Part shown: positions 59,676 to 64,000 of the stretch, piece by piece | How the letters are laid out: every line of letters begins with the position of its first letter | How positions within the stretch are numbered: the stretch's first letter is position 1 | Assembly (NCBI GenBank): GCA_034669905.1 | Contig: JAXMOL010000015.1 | Span: 81,313-145,312, forward strand | DNA length: 64,000 bases | Reading direction: 5' to 3' | From: Candidatus Hydrogenedentota bacterium | GTDB lineage: Bacteria; Hydrogenedentota; Hydrogenedentia; Hydrogenedentales; JAEUWI01 | Position numbers and translations under genes: made by a program | The notes under the pieces: generated by a model | The model's database searches: none | The model's input: only the letters and a program-made list of their open reading frames with translations | What the model was told of the DNA's origin: nothing

Positions 59676-59865
59676 CTTTACAGGCCGATTCCTCCATGTT
59701 ACACTATTAACGCGACTTAACTCCTATTAACATTTAATCTGATATCTCCCTTTATTTACGGGGCCTTTGTTCCCATGATAAGGTTATCCGGAGTTAGGCA
59801 AGATTACTCCCCATCTGAAAACGAAAGATAACGGAGAGATAACGGGATTGGTGAAAGGATAAAGC

Positions 59866-61137
59866 ATGAAGCAAAACGCAAGACTAACGAACACGTATGT
59901 TAGAGAGCTTGAATCCAGATCCAGCTATTACGAAGTCTTCGATAGTGACCAGCCTGGCTTCTGCGTTCGCGTGCAACCGACCGGCACCAAGACATTCTAT
60001 GTCTGGTACACGCTTCCCACAGGAAAGCGACGTCCGTTCCGGATAGGCAGCCCAAAAGCCATAACCTGTGAAGAGGCCAGAAAAGCAGCCAAGAAACACT
60101 GGGCCAGCGCGACACGGGGTGAAGACCCCCAGGAAGCGAAACTTCGCAACCAGGAACACACCCTGGAGTCGTTCCTGAAAGTCTACGCAGAGCGAGCCAC
60201 GCACAAGACGGCAGAGAATACCGTAACGCGGGTAAAGCGCAACTTTGCGGGTCTCCTGAACAAGCCACTGAGTGAAATCAAGCCGATGTGGGTAGATAGT
60301 TGGAAGAGGTCGCGAAAGGACGCAGGATTGGCGGAATCCAGCATCAATCGTGAGATTGCAGCCCTGCGCGGTGTGCTCACGCGGGCGGTAGACTGGGAAT
60401 TTCTGGAGAGTCACCCGCTGAAGCGCGTAAAGCAGTTCAAGCTGGACTCAAGCGGACGGCCACGCTATCTAGAGGAAGAGGAGCTGAAGCGGCTTCACAA
60501 AGCAATGGAGATCCGCGAAGAAGAGCTACGGGTAAAGCGCGATTCCCACAACGACTGGCTTCGTGACCGTGGCGAGCCATTGCGGCCTGACCTGCGGACG
60601 GTACCCTTCGTCGATTTCCTGAAGCCAATGACGCTGCTGGCCCTTAACACCGGTCTTCGGCGTGGAGAGCTCTTTGAGCTTCGATGGGTGGATTGCGCCC
60701 TGGATGGGAAGGCACCACGTATCACGGTGCATGGGAGCACGGCCAAATCAGGCAAGACCCGCCACATACCGCTGAATGGGACGGCATTGGACACCCTGAA
60801 GAAATGGAAGTCCCAGCGGGGAGATTCCGACCTTGTATTCCCTTCACCGATTTCAGGCGGACGTTTCGACAATATCCGCAAGTCCTGGAAGGCACTCACC
60901 GACAAAGCGAAGCTGGAAAGCTTTCGCTTCCACGATTGCAGACACCACTTTGCCTCTATGCTGGTTCAGAAAGGGGTAGACCTGAACGTTGTCCGTGAAC
61001 TGCTAGGGCACGCGAACCTGACGATGACGCTCCGCTATGCCTACTTGAGCCCTGATAACACGGCTAACGCTGTGGCACTGCTTGACGTGTCGTCTAGTGT
61101 GATTGAGTTGCAAAATACCAAAAGCAATAGTGCTTGA
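59866..61137 (+). CDS. Tyrosine recombinase/integrase with N-terminal arm-binding domain
   Basis: N-terminal FDSDQPGFCVRVQPTGTKTF; catalytic TGLRRGEL, AKSGK, FHDCRH, LGH, RY. Confidence 0.96.
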   Translation: MKQNARLTNTYVRELESRSSYYEVFDSDQPGFCVRVQPTGTKTFYVWYTLPTGKRRPFRIGSPKAITCEEARKAAKKHWASATRGEDPQEAKLRNQEHTLESFLKVYAERATHKTAENTVTRVKRNFAGLLNKPLSEIKPMWVDSWKRSRKDAGLAESSINREIAALRGVLTRAVDWEFLESHPLKRVKQFKLDSSGRPRYLEEEELKRLHKAMEIREEELRVKRDSHNDWLRDRGEPLRPDLRTVPFVDFLKPMTLLALNTGLRRGELFELRWVDCALDGKAPRITVHGSTAKSGKTRHIPLNGTALDTLKKWKSQRGDSDLVFPSPISGGRFDNIRKSWKALTDKAKLESFRFHDCRHHFASMLVQKGVDLNVVRELLGHANLTMTLRYAYLSPDNTANAVALLDVSSSVIELQNTKSNSA

Positions 61138-61175
61138 CGCATCCTGTATACGCTTGAAACACGGAGACCAGCTAG

Positions 61176-61952
61176 ATGAACGCCCAATGCCTCGTTGCAC
61201 AACTCAGCCAGACCATCGGCGAAGCGGCAAATCTATTGAGTGACCTGGACCTGTGTCAGCGGCCCGAAGGCGTGGCGCAAATGGAAAGTAAGCTCATTAG
61301 AGCAATGGCGCTTCTGGAAGAGCCCGGGGAAGACGTACCGTTCTGGCTACGAAAGCTAGCGCCGGAGCTACGATATGAACTATCGAGGGCAATGAGCGCT
61401 GTCACTGAAACCAGGAGATGTTGGGATGAGGCGAATCAGCGGACAGCAAATCTTCAAGCCAAGAATCTCATGGAGTCATTGGGCCTTGATAGCTCGGGAG
61501 ATTATTCCCGTGAGCCCGACGTTCAAATTCTATGTGAAGAGCTAGCTACTGAATATGGCCAGGAAAATCTTCCCGTACACGGGGAAATTCTGGTCGAGTG
61601 GAGAAGAAGATTGACTTCGGGCAAAGTGCAAATCGAACCAAATGCCGCATCCAATCCCTCAATTCCAAAAGCAATGGCAGGCAGTATCGGACGTTCGGGC
61701 GATTCGGATCAAGTACCCAGGGCAGCCATACTCTCCGAACTAGTCGAGCGGTTTGGCCTAAACGACAAGGCAGCCCAGATGCGAATCAGTCGTGGAGTGA
61801 AAAGTGGTAAGCTCAAGTTGGCAGATGATGGTTTCTATACGGGCGCATCTGCCGCCGACTTTCTGACAATTCAAAAACCTGCACAGAAGCGGTCTCCAAA
61901 GCAGGATACGGACCCTGGAGACACGGATGAGCACTTCGTGGTGGGAGAATAG
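61176..61952 (+). CDS. Hypothetical protein, possible C-terminal winged-helix
   Basis: 258-aa ORF with GGAG upstream, between the integrase and a terminator. Confidence 0.6.
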   Translation: MNAQCLVAQLSQTIGEAANLLSDLDLCQRPEGVAQMESKLIRAMALLEEPGEDVPFWLRKLAPELRYELSRAMSAVTETRRCWDEANQRTANLQAKNLMESLGLDSSGDYSREPDVQILCEELATEYGQENLPVHGEILVEWRRRLTSGKVQIEPNAASNPSIPKAMAGSIGRSGDSDQVPRAAILSELVERFGLNDKAAQMRISRGVKSGKLKLADDGFYTGASAADFLTIQKPAQKRSPKQDTDPGDTDEHFVVGE

Positions 61953-62002
61953 TGAGGGTAAGGAATAGTAATAGCGGTAACAATTAGTAACAGAATTGTA
62001 AA

Positions 62003-62030
62003 GACACCCTGTAAATACAGGGTGTTTTTT
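62003..62030 (+). terminator. Intrinsic terminator-like hairpin
   Basis: ACACCCTGTA-AA-TACAGGGTGT followed by a T run. Confidence 0.65.
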
Positions 62031-62110
62031 GTGACCGGTAACAAAAACTGTTACCGCACATAAAAACGAATACTGCCGTTGTTATTAACTTGGATAAACA
62101 ACAGCGGAGT

Positions 62111-62359
62111 ATGGTCATGGTTGACAAATACCAACTAATCACCGAAAAAGAGGCTGCCAAATTACTGGCTGTCTCACCCGGAACATTGCGTGTTCAGCGC
62201 TGTGTTGGAGCAAGCGCAAAGGGGTTGCCTATGATCCCATACTTGCGAATCGGAAGGGCCATACGATATCGACTGAGGGACATTCAGCAATTCATCGACG
62301 GGCACGACATGACCGGTGTCACCGAAGCGGCTGAGCGCACCGAAGGCGGAGGTGCCTGA
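62111..62359 (+). CDS. AlpA/excisionase-like HTH protein
   Basis: LITEKEAAKLLAVSPGTL..PYLRIGRAIRYR..DI; start uncertain (62090, 62111 or 62117). Confidence 0.85.
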   Translation: MVMVDKYQLITEKEAAKLLAVSPGTLRVQRCVGASAKGLPMIPYLRIGRAIRYRLRDIQQFIDGHDMTGVTEAAERTEGGGA

Positions 62360-62361
62360 AG

Positions 62362-63879
62362 ATGTCTCCAAATGCGGCAATCGCTACGCCCCGCTCAAGC
62401 CCGATGAGGCAGAAGAGTCTCACGAACGACACCGCCTGCAGCGCCCACCCCGTAGCAGGAGTTGACCCCGAAAGAGCGGTTCTTGGAGCTATGTTGTTGA
62501 ATCCAGTTGCGGCAAAAATTGCAATCACTATGCTGGGAGCGGCTCAGACCTGTTTCATTGGACAAGATACCGCCTGTATTTTCCGGGCGCTAGTGTCACT
62601 ACATAGGGCCAATATTCCCCTTGACATGGTCACGCTAACCGACGAGCTTGAAAAATCTGGAAGCTTGGCACGGGCGGGCGGGGCCTCTGGCATTGCAGAA
62701 TTAACCGATGCTGTTCCAACGTCGGCAAATGTCGAGCATTACGCTAGAATTGTCCGAGAAAACTTTAAGCGTAGGGAAATTACAGCCGCCTGCGATGCAT
62801 TTCGAAACGATGGCGATCTGGGCGAATTTAAGCGTAAGACTTGTAAGATACTTGAAGTTCCCGACGGGAAAGAGCAACTCACCCTCACTGACATGACTAA
62901 CTGGAAGAACCTTGCAAATGAGGCAATCCCAAGCGTGTTTCACGAGGGATTGCCGCTCAAGACCTTTGGGCTCCTTGCGGGCGACGGTGGAACTGGAAAG
63001 AGTTTTCTTGCGCTTGAGCTTGCACTATCCGTCGCATTTCAACGACCCCTGATCACCGGATTCACACCAACCAGCGATGCTACTGGCCCCGTGCTGTGTT
63101 GCTTCGCCGAAGATGATAGCCATGTCGTATCAAGTCGATTAAAGTCCGTGTGCGTGGCGATGGGTGTGTCCCTGGGCGAAGTGGACGAACTCATTCAAAA
63201 CAGACAGCTTGAATTCATCGCAGGTTATTCCGAACCGCTACTGACTTCTGATGGTGCAGGCGGATACGTACACAGTGCAGCATTTGAAAATCTGGAACGG
63301 AGAGTAAATGACCGCGAATATTCGCTTGTTGTAGTTGACCCCCTTATCTCATGGGCGGGCGTCTCGGACGAAAACAATAACTCGGCTATGCAGCAAGTGG
63401 CGTTGGCGCTAATTGGGCTTGCAAAGGCTTCTGGAGGCGCAGTGCTGTGCTGTCACCACACCAATAAGAGTGGCTCACGTTCTGCGGATATGTCACAGAA
63501 TCTAAGCCGTGGTGGCAGTTCACTGCAAAGCGCGGCACGTTGGATTTGTACCATGCGGATACTGGGCGAGAAAGAAGCGGAACGTTTCGATTTGTCGTCC
63601 GAAGACGTGAGCGATTACGTAGAAATCGCCATTGCCAAGAACTCCTATGCTGAACAACTCGCTGGGCGATCTTATCTCCACAGAGAACGGGGTGGTGCAT
63701 TGAGATCTGTGAATCTTCGGGAGGCTCGAAAGGTAAGAGTTTCCGGAATCATTGCTGATCTACTTTCCTCGTCCGAAGCGCACTTGACTCGGCGGGAAAT
63801 TTCCCGAGGTACCAACGAGAAAGCTAAGGCTCTACGGACCGAACTAAAAAAGCGCTGTTCCGGGATAACAGGCCGGTAG
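62362..63879 (+). CDS. Replicative helicase: DnaB N-terminal domain fused to AAA_25/RepA-like ATPase
   Basis: ERAVLGAMLL..IFRAL..DMVTLTDEL..PTSANVEHYARIV (DnaB-N); AGDGGTGKS Walker A, AED, VVVDPL Walker B, HHTNK, RGGSSL. Confidence 0.88.
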   Translation: MSPNAAIATPRSSPMRQKSLTNDTACSAHPVAGVDPERAVLGAMLLNPVAAKIAITMLGAAQTCFIGQDTACIFRALVSLHRANIPLDMVTLTDELEKSGSLARAGGASGIAELTDAVPTSANVEHYARIVRENFKRREITAACDAFRNDGDLGEFKRKTCKILEVPDGKEQLTLTDMTNWKNLANEAIPSVFHEGLPLKTFGLLAGDGGTGKSFLALELALSVAFQRPLITGFTPTSDATGPVLCCFAEDDSHVVSSRLKSVCVAMGVSLGEVDELIQNRQLEFIAGYSEPLLTSDGAGGYVHSAAFENLERRVNDREYSLVVVDPLISWAGVSDENNNSAMQQVALALIGLAKASGGAVLCCHHTNKSGSRSADMSQNLSRGGSSLQSAARWICTMRILGEKEAERFDLSSEDVSDYVEIAIAKNSYAEQLAGRSYLHRERGGALRSVNLREARKVRVSGIIADLLSSSEAHLTRREISRGTNEKAKALRTELKKRCSGITGR

Positions 63880-64000
63880 ATGTCAAGCATATTGAGACAG
63901 TCATAGGTTTTAATTAGAGAGTATTTGGACTGTGTTTTTGTCTTTCTCCGGTGTATCCCGTTTGGGCGGATTTATCCAGACGGCCTCTGGTGGAATGGCT

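Larger units (their letters stand above)
59628..64000. mobile_element. Left part of a tRNA-integrated element (phage-satellite/IME-like)
   Basis: tRNA fragment, integrase, HTH and helicase genes, with a shift to more AT-rich sequence and different codon style after ~59700. Confidence 0.82.

Noticed and set aside
59628..59710. Intact tRNA-Thr gene
   Set aside because: The D arm and 5' acceptor strand are absent and the anticodon stem pairs for only 3 bp.
63840..64000. Frameshift truncating the element helicase
   Set aside because: Alternative frames also close quickly and the window ends; not supportable without homologue alignment.

Overview
Bacterial chromosomal segment, GC-rich by eye, with visibly more AT-rich patches at the RAYT gene (~6.0-7.0 kb) and from ~59.7 kb to the end. 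The lineage cannot be fixed from sequence alone. The backbone is housekeeping: murA-hisD-hisC, tpiA-secG, nadX-rplU-rpmA-obgE-proB, mtnA, cmk-recJ, a UvrD/PcrA helicase, rfbA and ppa. Accessory content: (1) a glucosylglycerate locus in which a GpgS-type synthase and a GH13_18 phosphorylase are fused in one 991-aa ORF next to a HAD phosphatase; (2) a REP-associated tyrosine transposase bracketed by four REPs of two alternating types; (3) a two-gene PlsR/PlsA (Ger)-like system suggesting anaerobic ether-lipid or plasmalogen synthesis, with an unusual Cys-rich N-terminal extension; (4) a two-permease RND cassette; (5) an 8-PKD lipoprotein; (6) an apparent rfbA-carbamoyltransferase-sxtJ-sxtK-DUF58-transglutaminase operon; (7) about eight distinct palindromic intergenic repeat families, including 38-bp and ~260-bp tandem arrays; (8) the left end of a satellite-like integrative element: a displaced 3' half of tRNA-Thr(CGT), a tyrosine integrase, an AlpA/Xis-like HTH and a DnaB-N/AAA_25 helicase. 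All family calls come from motif recognition by eye; no searches were run.
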